Shown here one piece after another: positions 28,587 to 37,295 of a stretch of DNA of 64,000 bases. Below the pieces are notes generated by a model that was not told the origin of the DNA, ran no database searches, and saw only the letters and a program-made list of their open reading frames with translations. A program made the translations under genes and the position numbers. The stretch's first letter is position 1; each line of letters starts with the position of its first letter. Origin of the DNA: Candidatus Acidiferrales bacterium. Lineage in GTDB: Bacteria > Acidobacteriota > Terriglobia > Acidiferrales > UBA7541. Where the stretch lies: positions 14,645 through 78,644 of the forward strand of contig DATNLN010000042.1 of the NCBI GenBank assembly GCA_035602855.1, written 5' to 3'.

Positions 28587-29504
28587 TCAGAATTTTTCTT
28601 TCTGCTTTTCCCAAAGCTCCAGGAATAATGCGACCGTGGCCGGCGCATAGCCCGCATAGTGATTGTTCGCATAGGCGTAGACTTTGATGCCGCGGCGCGT
28701 AGTTTGGTAACAGTAGTCCACCCAGCGGGACAAGGCGGCGCGGCGGTCCACGATGGTCTTGTCCCAGACCTTGGTCTGTGTCTCTATTGCTTTGCGATCG
28801 CCTAGCCAACGCACGTAGGTGAAGTTGGCGGTGATCGGATCGAGCCGGCTGGCCAGTTCCGTTATGCCCGGCATCCAGGCTTGATCAATGACGGCCAGCG
28901 CGACGTTGTGTTCGCGCAAAATTTCCGTGAACTTTTCATCCAGCCAATTCTTATTGCGAATTTCGAGCGCGAACTGATGATCCTGCGGCAGTTTCCTCAA
29001 GAAAGGGCGGAGCCGCGCGAGAAACTCGGTGCCGGTTCTGAACTTAGTGCTATTGAAATAGGGAAACTGCAGCAGCATCGGCCCGAGCTTGTCTTTTCCG
29101 AGCCCCTGGGCAGTGTCCACGAAATTCTGGAAATCCTCGTCGCAATCTTCGAGGCACTTTTCGTGGGTGATGACCTGCGGGACTTTCAGCGCGAACACGA
29201 AACCGGGCGGAGTTTTGTTGCCCCAGCCTGTGATGGTCGAGCGTGCGGGCGTGCGGTAGAACGTGCTGTCCACTTCAACGGTGTTAAATTTGGTGGCGTA
29301 GTAGGTGAGAAAATCGCGCGGCTGCATTCCGGCGGGATAGAATGCGCCTTCCCATCCCGCAGCGGTGAACGCGGACGTGCCCACGCGAATTTCGGTTTCC
29401 GATTGCTGCGCCACGATGGGAGAGCCTAACTTACTGTGCGGCCGTGGGGCAAGGCTGGCGTTTTGGGCTGGCGCGATCCAGCGCGGAGATCGAGTTTTTC
29501 GCAC
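28587..29504 (-). CDS. DUF72 family protein
   Basis: IRVGTSAFTAAGWEGAFYPAG start of the domain. The true start may be GTG at 29414. Confidence 0.75.
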   Translation of the reverse strand: MRKTRSPRWIAPAQNASLAPRPHSKLGSPIVAQQSETEIRVGTSAFTAAGWEGAFYPAGMQPRDFLTYYATKFNTVEVDSTFYRTPARSTITGWGNKTPPGFVFALKVPQVITHEKCLEDCDEDFQNFVDTAQGLGKDKLGPMLLQFPYFNSTKFRTGTEFLARLRPFLRKLPQDHQFALEIRNKNWLDEKFTEILREHNVALAVIDQAWMPGITELASRLDPITANFTYVRWLGDRKAIETQTKVWDKTIVDRRAALSRWVDYCYQTTRRGIKVYAYANNHYAGYAPATVALFLELWEKQKEKF

Positions 29505-29518
29505 CTTTAACGGGCACC

Positions 29519-29946
29519 ATGATTTTTCTGGAGACAGAACGGCTGCTCTTCCGGTCGCACGAGCCCGGAGACGAGGCCGATTTTGTGAGCATGCACTCTG
29601 ATGCGGAAGTAGGGTGTTGTGGGGGAGGGCAGGCTTGCGCCGGCGGACAAGGAGCGGTCGCGATTTCGGGAGCCGTAGCGAGGCAAGCCGACAGAAACTT
29701 GTGGGCGACTGTATTCAAGGAGAAAGGGAAGTACATCGGAAGTTGCGGCCTGCGCGCTCCCGGGAGCGGGAAGGGCGCAAGTCTTGGATACTATTTGGCG
29801 CGGGCCACGGTGCGTAGCGGTTGGCGAGCTGTAAATCATTTCTGGGCTATTTTCGATCCTGTGTTCCTGTGGAAATCCCGGGATTTTGGAGCAGCAACAT
29901 GCGGCGGGTGGTTGACGAACTTCTCTTCCGCCAGTAAAGTAGTTCA
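29519..29946 (+). pseudogene. GNAT (RimJ/RimL-like) acetyltransferase, apparently degraded
   Basis: N-terminus MIFLETERLLFRSHEPGDEADF and KGKYIGSCGL...LGYYL are GNAT-like. The C-terminal half is unrecognisable, and the ORF has no stop until 30079, reading through a terminator and the tRNA. Confidence 0.35.
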
Positions 29947-29970
29947 GGGTCGTGCGAGCGGCCCTTTTTT
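29947..29970 (+). terminator. intrinsic terminator
   Basis: GGGTCG-TGCGAG-CGGCCC followed by TTTTTT. Confidence 0.55.
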
Positions 29971-29986
29971 GTTGTCCCCTTTCAGC

Positions 29987-30061
29987 TGGGAGGTCGTACA
30001 ATTGGCAGTACATCAGATTCTGGATCTGATTATCCTGGTTCGAGTCCAGGCCTCCCAGCCA
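29987..30061 (+). tRNA. tRNA-Gln (anticodon CUG)
   Basis: Hand-folded cloverleaf. Acceptor TGGGAGG/CCTCCCA with U1-A72 and G73-CCA as in bacterial tRNA-Gln. D stem GTAC/GTAC with G18G19. Anticodon loop TTCTGGA. T arm CCTGG-TTCGAGT-CCAGG. 75 nt. Confidence 0.9.
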
Positions 30062-30129
30062 ATTTTTAAGCAGCTGTAAATCTCCCCACGCAGCCCGCAA
30101 GCGACCCGAGTTGTGTCTTTGCCAATCTG

Positions 30130-30159
30130 TTGACTGACCCCCAGTCATTAGAATAGAAT
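30130..30159 (+). promoter_or_regulatory. sigma70-like promoter (TTGACT-18-TAGAAT) with embedded inverted repeat TGACTG-N5-CAGTCA
   Basis: TTGACT 30130-30135, TAGAAT 30154-30159 (another TAGAAT at 30149-30154). Palindrome 30131-30147 overlaps the -35. Candidate operator for the downstream TetR. Confidence 0.45.
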
Positions 30160-30217
30160 GGGTTGACGACGGGCAACGGGAGCGCTTCCAGAATGACGAC
30201 CTTCTAAGGAGAGCACC

Positions 30218-31066
30218 ATGAACTATCTGATTAGCGGCGCGACGGGAGATATTGGGTCGCGCGTTGTGAAATGTTTACTGGAGCGCGGCGAGCGGCCGCG
30301 CGTGTTCGCGCGCGATGCGCGCGAGGCGCGGGAGCGTTTTGGCGAGCGCGTGGATGTGGCCGTGGGCGATTTGGCCGATGCCGGATCGTTGTACGCGGCA
30401 CTGACAGCCGTGGACGCGCTGTTCCTGGTAAACAGCGGGCCGGAAATCGCGGGCCGCGACGCAGCGGCTGCGCAGGCCGCAAAAGCTGCTGGTGTGCGGC
30501 ATCTGGTGAAGCTTTCTTCGATGGATGCGCGGCAGGACGTGGGCACCGGGGTATGGCATGCGCGAGGCGAGGCTGCAATTCGCGCAAGTGGTATTACGTT
30601 CACGTTCGTGCAGCCGACGGGCTTTATGGAGAACGCGCTTTTTTGGGCAACGACGGTCAAGAAGGCCGGCGTGGTGCGTTCTATGACCGGCGACGGCAAG
30701 ATTCCGTTCATTCACTCCGATGATATCGCGGACGTCGCGACCCAGGTACTGACGACGCGGGATTACGACGGAAAATCGTTGCCGATCACCGGGCCGGAGG
30801 CGCTCAGTTACGCGGAGATGGCGGCGAAGATCGGCGCGGCGATTGGCGAGCAGGTCGGGTTCGAAGCAATTTCCGAGGAGCGAGTGCGCCAGCGAATGAC
30901 CGAAAGCGGCGATTCGGAGGAGATGATCGTGGCGCATCTTTCGATCTACCACGCGCTACGTGAAGGGCGGCTCGCGACCGCTACGAACAACGTAGAGCGC
31001 GTTCTGGGGCGCAAGCCGATCGGGTTTGATCGTTGGGCGCAGGAACATGCGGAGGCCTTCTGCTGA
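30218..31066 (+). CDS. NmrA-family NAD(P)-binding protein
   Basis: 282 aa. ISGATGDIGSRVV Rossmann motif. Confidence 0.8.
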   Translation: MNYLISGATGDIGSRVVKCLLERGERPRVFARDAREARERFGERVDVAVGDLADAGSLYAALTAVDALFLVNSGPEIAGRDAAAAQAAKAAGVRHLVKLSSMDARQDVGTGVWHARGEAAIRASGITFTFVQPTGFMENALFWATTVKKAGVVRSMTGDGKIPFIHSDDIADVATQVLTTRDYDGKSLPITGPEALSYAEMAAKIGAAIGEQVGFEAISEERVRQRMTESGDSEEMIVAHLSIYHALREGRLATATNNVERVLGRKPIGFDRWAQEHAEAFC

Positions 31067-31175
31067 CGTCGCTGACGCTGGATCCGCGGCAACGCGCGAC
31101 GCCAGGCAATCTCACCTTGCTGTGTTAGTTTACGGTGAGGGATCAACGTTTAATCACGGAGGTTGAGCTAGCCGT

Positions 31176-31784
31176 ATGCGTGCCGCTTGCAAAACTCGTC
31201 CTCGGACCAAGCCTGCTGAAGAGCGGCGCGAAGAGCTGATGAACGCAGCGCAGCGCCTATTTCTGAAGCACGGCGTGGGCCCGACGACGATCGAGCAAAT
31301 CACGACAGGTGCGGCAGTCGCCAAGGGGACGTTCTATCTTTATTTCTCATCGAAGGAAGACGTGCTTGCTGCGCTGCGCGGCCGTTTCGGACAAGACCTA
31401 GCGGCGCGGATAAAAACGGCGGTCGCGCAAAATAGGGAAGAGGACTGGAAGAGAAAGTTGTCGGCGTGGGCCGCGGCTGGGGTCGCTGGTTATCTCGATT
31501 CCGCACAACTGCACGACATTCTGTTCTACACTTCGCGGCCGCCGACGCGGAAGGGTCTGGTAAAGAATGTCATTATTGATGGCCTGATCGAATTGTTGCA
31601 GGGAGGCGTTGTGGCCGGTGCTTGGTCCGTGGACGATCCTGAATCTACAGCGGTCTTTCTGTTTAACGGGCTGCACAGCGTGGTGGATCATGCGCAGACC
31701 AATGAGGAGCGCGTGAATCGCAGCCGGCTGACGCGCAGGTTGCAGCGATTGTGTCTGCGCGCGGTGGGGCCAGCGAGGGACTGA
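31176..31784 (+). CDS. TetR/AcrR family transcriptional regulator
   Basis: HTH TIEQITTGAAVAKGTFYLYFSSKEDV. Confidence 0.85.
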   Translation: MRAACKTRPRTKPAEERREELMNAAQRLFLKHGVGPTTIEQITTGAAVAKGTFYLYFSSKEDVLAALRGRFGQDLAARIKTAVAQNREEDWKRKLSAWAAAGVAGYLDSAQLHDILFYTSRPPTRKGLVKNVIIDGLIELLQGGVVAGAWSVDDPESTAVFLFNGLHSVVDHAQTNEERVNRSRLTRRLQRLCLRAVGPARD

Positions 31785-31946
31785 ACGCTTCGCGCCACAG
31801 CCAATCCTGAGATACGGTGTGAGATTCGCTTGCGCGAGGCGAAGGCTACCTGGAGTTCGCTGCGCCGAGCAACAGCCGTGACTTTTTGACCTTGGTCGAA
31901 TTATGCGAAATGCTTGCTTATGCTAAAATTGCTGCAGAGGGAAGAT

Positions 31947-32558
31947 ATGCGGTCACGCGGGAAAATATCGGAGAGTTTGTTGCTGGCGGTTGCGATCCTG
32001 TGCTTCATCGTGCCGGCCGGCGCGCGCGGCGATGCCACGCAGCACGCGCAAGAACACGTGCTGCGGCTCTACAACACGCACACGGGCGAACGGCTGGAAA
32101 TTGTGTTCCGGCGCGGGGAGCAGTACATTCCCGGCGCGCTGGCCAAACTGGATTATTTCCTGCGCGACCATAATACCGGCGACGTGCGCCATTTTGATCC
32201 GCGCTTGTACGATATTCTGGCCGATCTCACCGCGTCGGTAGGGCATCCCGGCGGAGAGATTGACATTGTTTGTGGCTACCGCACTGCTTCAACGAATGAA
32301 TCGTTGCGCGCGCACACCACCGGGGTCGCGAAGAACAGTTTGCACGTTCAGGCGGAAGCGATTGACTTGCGGATGCCTGGAGTTGACACTCTCACTTTGC
32401 GGCGGGCGGCGCTGGCATTGCGTCGCGGGGGCGTGGGCTACTACCCTCATTCTGATTTCATCCACGTAGATACGGGCCGCGTGCGGCAGTGGTGTTTTGA
32501 CTGTCCAGCGCGCCTGATCACTGGCAACCAACACCCTGCAACGAACCCCGGCAATTAG
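31947..32558 (+). CDS. DUF882 / peptidase M15A protein (YcbK/MepK-like)
   Basis: LYNTHTGE..., SLHVQAEAIDL, FIHVDTG metal-site motifs. Signal-like N-terminus. The track start is 31914. Confidence 0.8.
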   Translation: MRSRGKISESLLLAVAILCFIVPAGARGDATQHAQEHVLRLYNTHTGERLEIVFRRGEQYIPGALAKLDYFLRDHNTGDVRHFDPRLYDILADLTASVGHPGGEIDIVCGYRTASTNESLRAHTTGVAKNSLHVQAEAIDLRMPGVDTLTLRRAALALRRGGVGYYPHSDFIHVDTGRVRQWCFDCPARLITGNQHPATNPGN

Positions 32559-34300
32559 CCGGGGTACGGGTAGCCCTTATCGAGGACTTTCTCGAGCGTG
32601 GCGTCGTGCCCGTAGATGTCGTCGTAAAAGTGCACCGTGCCATCCTCGGTGACGATTACCGTGCCGTAAACAATCAAGATCGGAATCGGATGTGCCAGGT
32701 TTATCTGCTGCGTCGCGCTTCCATTCATGGCTGCGCGCACCCGATCGATGTTCCAGCCGCCCGGATTATCACGCAGCACCCAAACGGCCAGGTCCGCGGG
32801 TCTTTCCAGCCGAATACAGCCATGGCTGAAATCGCGTCGGCTCCTTGCGAAGAATTCCTGCTCGGGCGTGTCGTGCATGTAGATGTTGTAGCTGTTCGGA
32901 AAAATAAATTTCACCAGGCCGAGCGAATTTTTCGGACCGGGATTTTGCCGGATAAAGAGCTTACCCGCGCGCAACTGCTGCAGCACGTCGCTTGAGACTG
33001 GTCCGGAGGCGACGACCTGCTGGCGGCTGTCCACAACCGCGAATCCTTTTTTCTCCAGGTAGTCGGGGTCGCGCACGATTTTTGGGATAAATTCCGCTCT
33101 GGCGATGGAATATGGAACGCTCCAATACGGCCGGAATACCAGGTACTGCATGGTGTTCTCAAACGCCGGAGTGTTGTGGTCATACGCCTTGCCGACAACC
33201 ACGTTCATGGTCAGCGCGACTCTGAAATTTTGGTCGTAGGCGCGCAGGCGAAATTCCGGAATATTGGCGACGATCGGCGCGTCGTGCAGACCGATAGGCA
33301 ACCAGCGCCAGCGCTCGAGAATGAGCTGCATCTGGCGCACGCGTGTCGCGAGCGGCACGTTCAGGTCAGCCAACGTTTGCGGCGTGATTTTTCCGTCCGC
33401 AGTGCGGCCCAGACGGGTTTGAAAATGTTTTACAGCGTCCACGAGCGGAGCTTGATACACAGCGGCATCCGCCGGGACGTTCGCGTCAGAGGGAAGATCG
33501 CCCACCAAGCGGAGCAAACGAGCGAGCTGCGGGACGCCGGAATAGCTGTCGCCGGGAGCGATGGTTTTTCCAGTGGCGGGGAGGGGCGCGCCGTCGTAGT
33601 CCTTCGCATGCTGCAAATAGGCGTGCAGCGCCTGAATGGTGCGTTGGTAACCCGGGTACGGAGGCTCCACTTGCGCCAGAACTCCGGCGACGTCGGGTGC
33701 GTCCACTACATCCGTTTTCAGAAATTGCGGCAGATCGTATTTCTTACTCTGAATATCGAAACCGAAATCAAAATGTCTTGGATTGACCTTGCCGATGTGC
33801 AGGTCTGAGACATATCTCATCACACAGATAGTGAGCGCGGCGTCAAATTGCACGGCGTCCGCTTCGGAGGGTTGCGCTGCGGCCGGTTTGAGTTTCGCGA
33901 GGCGGTCGGTCCAACGCGGGCCGTCGTAATCTTCGGCGGACAAACCTTTTTGGTCGGCTTGCTGCAGGAGCGCGATGACCTGTTGCGCCTGCGTGGTAGG
34001 CTGCATGCCTCGGACCCAGGGCAGGGAATTGCCGTACAGGTCGTAGAATTCCTTCAGCAGCTTGCTGTAATCGCTGAAATCTGGCCAGCGCAGTTGCGCG
34101 AGGTTTCCGGAGTCGATCGCGGCACGCAATGCGGCTTGGCCTTCGGCAGTGAGCTGTTGGGGCGGCGCGGCGGAATTCGCAGAAGCTTGCGGGTGCGGGC
34201 GCGCGTTGGCGGTTAAGCCGATGTGATGGCCATAGAGCAGCGCGATTGCGCCGAGGGGCAGAATGAACGCCAGACTTTTCAGAATTCGCGAACGCTTCAT
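32555..34300 (-). CDS. L,D-transpeptidase with peptidoglycan-binding domain (YcbB/LdtD-like)
   Basis: YkuD catalytic motif FSHGCIRL. Signal peptide. Start ATG 34300 preceded by GGAGAG. Its stop overlaps the DUF882 stop. Confidence 0.85.
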   Translation of the reverse strand: MKRSRILKSLAFILPLGAIALLYGHHIGLTANARPHPQASANSAAPPQQLTAEGQAALRAAIDSGNLAQLRWPDFSDYSKLLKEFYDLYGNSLPWVRGMQPTTQAQQVIALLQQADQKGLSAEDYDGPRWTDRLAKLKPAAAQPSEADAVQFDAALTICVMRYVSDLHIGKVNPRHFDFGFDIQSKKYDLPQFLKTDVVDAPDVAGVLAQVEPPYPGYQRTIQALHAYLQHAKDYDGAPLPATGKTIAPGDSYSGVPQLARLLRLVGDLPSDANVPADAAVYQAPLVDAVKHFQTRLGRTADGKITPQTLADLNVPLATRVRQMQLILERWRWLPIGLHDAPIVANIPEFRLRAYDQNFRVALTMNVVVGKAYDHNTPAFENTMQYLVFRPYWSVPYSIARAEFIPKIVRDPDYLEKKGFAVVDSRQQVVASGPVSSDVLQQLRAGKLFIRQNPGPKNSLGLVKFIFPNSYNIYMHDTPEQEFFARSRRDFSHGCIRLERPADLAVWVLRDNPGGWNIDRVRAAMNGSATQQINLAHPIPILIVYGTVIVTEDGTVHFYDDIYGHDATLEKVLDKGYPYPG

Positions 34301-34573
34301 TCCATTTCTCTCCACTTCTTGGCAAGCCTCTAGGGCTGTCCAGCCGCAAATCAGATAGATGCGCGAGAATGGCTACCGGGTCAAATTATTTGCTCTTCCT
34401 CATTCTGGCTGAAGATGCGGTGTCTTCCGTCGCGTCTCCGCACGGGCGATGCGGATTCGACGGAGGCAGATTCTATAACATCTACGATGAAGTTGAACCT
34501 ACGGGCACGATGGTACAGGCGCAACGCGATGATTCCATACAGACTCTAAAGAGCAAGGGAAATCGGCCGCGCG

Positions 34574-35083
34574 CTACGACCCGCTGGATTGGGCTGATCT
34601 TTTCGTGGGGCAGGCGATGCCTCGTTTGGCGGCGAGTTCCGAGGCCCACAGCAGAATATCGAATAGACGAGCTCGTTCCAAATTGTCCAAGCCGCGCATG
34701 GGATGAACCAAGCCGGCGGCTTGCTGCGCGCTGGAAAGCAGAAAGCGGTCAATGGAGACGGCCGCGGCTTCGTCGGGATCGGCGAAGCGGTTCGCACTGC
34801 ATTCATTCAACCGTTCGTAGCAGCGCGCGATGAAATGGTCGACGCAGACATGTTTCAGCTCCAGGGAGCACATGGCCGGGCGTCCACAATTTCCCGTGTC
34901 ACAGCGAACCATAGCCTGCGCCAAGGATGGTTGATTTTGTTGCGAGTCCGATGTTTGCTTTTGATCCGGGAATTGCTGCGTGTCTTTGTTCATGGAATTC
35001 ATGGTTCCCAGGGCCTCGAATTGCGTGAGGGTGATGCTACCCACGCGGTTGATCCATTCGGCGTTTACGTTTCTTGTCAGCAC
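34574..35083 (-). CDS. hypothetical Cys-rich protein
   Basis: 169-aa ORF (GTG start). Q-rich N-terminal part, then CDTGNCGRPAMCSLELKHVCVDHFIARCYERLNEC. The start is uncertain. Confidence 0.45.
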   Translation of the reverse strand: MLTRNVNAEWINRVGSITLTQFEALGTMNSMNKDTQQFPDQKQTSDSQQNQPSLAQAMVRCDTGNCGRPAMCSLELKHVCVDHFIARCYERLNECSANRFADPDEAAAVSIDRFLLSSAQQAAGLVHPMRGLDNLERARLFDILLWASELAAKRGIACPTKRSAQSSGS

Positions 35084-35535
35084 ATGCGTGCATCAGACAA
35101 CTCCCTGGCGCCAGGAATCGCCTCGGCGGATTCGGGCAGTTCCGCTTCGTAGGTGTGGACTTTCACGCGGACGTCAACGAGCATGGCGACGAGTTTGCGC
35201 ACCGCGGGCGAATCTTCCCAGTGATTTTCGGTGGCCTGCGGCGCGGTGTCCCACAGGCTGAGCACGCGAATCAGGCGCGGCTCTTTGTGCGAGGTCAGCA
35301 CAAAGATGCCGGCGAATCCCGGTTGCCGCTTCAGTATCGCGGCGACCTCGCGGCGCATGCAATTTCGCAGATGCTGTTCTCTCCCTGGCTTGGCAACAAA
35401 TTCCACCGCACGTGCGTTCAAGTGAGCAACCTCCGTGTCTTGACTAGATCCCAAGAAGAGACGCGCGCGACGCGGGTCGAGGCTGCCAAGAACTTTCGCA
35501 GGCGCGTCCAATTCCAAGTAAGCGTGTGAACTCAT
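35077..35535 (-). CDS. hypothetical protein, ABM/Dabb-like ferredoxin fold (tentative)
   Basis: 152-aa ORF. Its stop overlaps the downstream GTG start by 7 nt. FVLTSHKEPRLIRVLSLWDT pattern resembles ABM domains. Confidence 0.5.
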   Translation of the reverse strand: MSSHAYLELDAPAKVLGSLDPRRARLFLGSSQDTEVAHLNARAVEFVAKPGREQHLRNCMRREVAAILKRQPGFAGIFVLTSHKEPRLIRVLSLWDTAPQATENHWEDSPAVRKLVAMLVDVRVKVHTYEAELPESAEAIPGARELSDARMC

Positions 35536-35585
35536 TTCAAGAATCCTCGCTTCCGCCCGAACGTGTCACGGGCGCAGATGGAGGA

Positions 35586-35630
35586 GGCGCGCTCCGGTGG
35601 GGTTCCCTGACCGTTAGGGCCGGAGCGCGC
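35586..35630. repeat. perfect 12-bp inverted repeat (GGCGCGCTCCGG ... CCGGAGCGCGCC) with 21-nt spacer
   Basis: Read directly. The spacer contains an additional CCCT/AGGG pair. It lies about 50 nt upstream of the minus-strand start at 35535. Confidence 0.6.
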
Positions 35631-35896
35631 CCGGGGGGATGGACATCGGCTTTACGCCATCGTCTGGACTGGGCCATCTGATTCACCAATCCGATCTCGG
35701 TACAAGTACGCATAGGTAGTGCGCTTGCGCGCCGAAACGTTTCATCTGCAAACGAAATATATTGCGGCGGCCGCAACGCGAATGAACTGAGGAAGAAATA
35801 GGATGTGCGCTGTGAGGAGGATTGCTTGCCTTGGGCCGGCGTTCGATTGCGCAGTTCGTCCACTGCGGGATATACTCGCTAACCTTCGAGGCGCGT

Positions 35897-36478
35897 GTGG
35901 AATTTTTCTCCTTTGATGAGGCCTACCTTAAACGGCTCCGGGACCGAGACTTCCCGACCGAGCAACATTTCGTTGCATATTTTCGAAAACTGCTGGTCAT
36001 TAAATTAAGGTCGCGGCTGCGCGGATCCGAGGCGGTAGAAGATATCGCGCAGGAGACGTTTCTGCGGGTGTTCAAGGCGATGAACTCGGAAACGGGGATC
36101 CGGCAGCCGGAGAGGCTTGGGGCATTCGTTAACTCCGTTTGCAACAATGTGTTGCAGGAATTCTATCGCTCGTCGAATCACGGAACGCAACTGAATGACG
36201 ATACGCCGGAGCCCGTCGACCAGGTACTCGATCTGGATGGGTTCCTGGTAAGCAAGCAGACCCGGGAACAGGTGAGGAAAGTGCTGGAGCAGCTTCCCGC
36301 AAAGGACCGGCAGCTGCTGCGCGCTATCTTCCTGGAAGAAAAGGAGAAAGACCAGGTGTGCCGGGAATTGGGCACGGATCGCGATTATCTGCGGGTGTTG
36401 CTGCATCGCGCCAAGGCCAACTTCCGCGTTTTCTACGAGAAGAACAGGGCGCAGGGGCCGCGGCCTGCGAAACAATAG
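35897..36478 (+). CDS. ECF (group IV) sigma-70 family sigma factor
   Basis: Region 2 DIAQETFLRVF and region 4 LPAKDRQLLRAIFLEEKEKDQVCRELG...LLHRAK. Start uncertain: GTG 35897 or TTG 35822. Confidence 0.8.
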   Translation: MEFFSFDEAYLKRLRDRDFPTEQHFVAYFRKLLVIKLRSRLRGSEAVEDIAQETFLRVFKAMNSETGIRQPERLGAFVNSVCNNVLQEFYRSSNHGTQLNDDTPEPVDQVLDLDGFLVSKQTREQVRKVLEQLPAKDRQLLRAIFLEEKEKDQVCRELGTDRDYLRVLLHRAKANFRVFYEKNRAQGPRPAKQ

Positions 36479-36532
36479 AGAACGGGATGAAACGATTTAG
36501 GGCCGGACGTCACTACTGGTAGGACGGAATAC

Positions 36533-37264
36533 ATGGAACATACGCAAGCTATCCAATTGAAAGCCGCTGAGCGGTACGTACTCGGAGAACTGCCGAGCGA
36601 CCTCCGCGAACAATACGAGGAACACTTCTTCAGCTGCGTAGAATGCGCCGAAGAGGTGAACCTGGCGGCGGCGTTCGTTGAAAATAGCCGGGCGGCTATG
36701 GGATCCGAGCCCGTTATGCCGCCCGTCCGTCTGCCGGTGACCGTGACGCAGCGTCCGGCTACGAGTGGCTGGCTGGGCGTGTTCTTGCGGCCGAGTTTTG
36801 CGGTGCCAGTGTTCGCGGCGCTGCTGCTGCTGGTCGCGTATCAGGAATTTTTGGTTATTCCGCGATGGAAGGGCGCGGCGACGCACTCCGTTAGCACGCT
36901 CGCGTCCGCCGCCCCACAAGCCCTCGCGTCGTTTTCTTTAATCACGGCGGATTCGCGCGGCGGGGAACCGTTGCTGGTTTCCGTTGCGCCAGGTCAACCT
37001 TTTAGTTTGTATTTTGATATTCCTCCGGACGCACATTACTCTTCGTATATCTGCGAATTGCAGAATGCTGCCGGCAAGGCGGAATTTTCCTTGAACATTT
37101 CCGCTGAACAGGCTAAGAATGCCGTGCAGCTTCTGATTCCTTCTTCAAGCTTGGGAACCGGGAAGCACGTGCTGATGTTGCGCGGACTTGGCACCCCGGA
37201 CGACGCGGCCAGCGGTGGGACCGAAGTAGCACGCTACCCATTCACACTCGTACACTCGCAGTAA
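36533..37264 (+). CDS. zf-HC2 (ZAS-type) single-pass anti-sigma factor
   Basis: YVLGEL...HFFSCVEC (HxxxCxxC), one TM (FAVPVFAALLLLVAYQEFLVI), about 130-aa extracytoplasmic C-terminal domain. Confidence 0.75.
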   Translation: MEHTQAIQLKAAERYVLGELPSDLREQYEEHFFSCVECAEEVNLAAAFVENSRAAMGSEPVMPPVRLPVTVTQRPATSGWLGVFLRPSFAVPVFAALLLLVAYQEFLVIPRWKGAATHSVSTLASAAPQALASFSLITADSRGGEPLLVSVAPGQPFSLYFDIPPDAHYSSYICELQNAAGKAEFSLNISAEQAKNAVQLLIPSSSLGTGKHVLMLRGLGTPDDAASGGTEVARYPFTLVHSQ

Positions 37265-37295
37265 TAATCCAATACTGATACAGGAGGCAAATCCG

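Noticed and set aside
29987-31800. Genomic island integrated at tRNA-Gln.
   Set aside because: No integrase, recombinase or direct repeat of the tRNA 3' end was noticed downstream. The following genes (NmrA, TetR, DUF882) look like ordinary chromosomal genes.
35760-35896. ECF-type autoregulatory promoter (GGAAC-N16/17-CGTC) upstream of the sigma factor gene.
   Set aside because: Only partial matches were found (TGAAC ... GTGC; CGTCC without a proper -35). A sigma70-like TTGCGC-18-TATACT is possible but weak, so no promoter feature is called.
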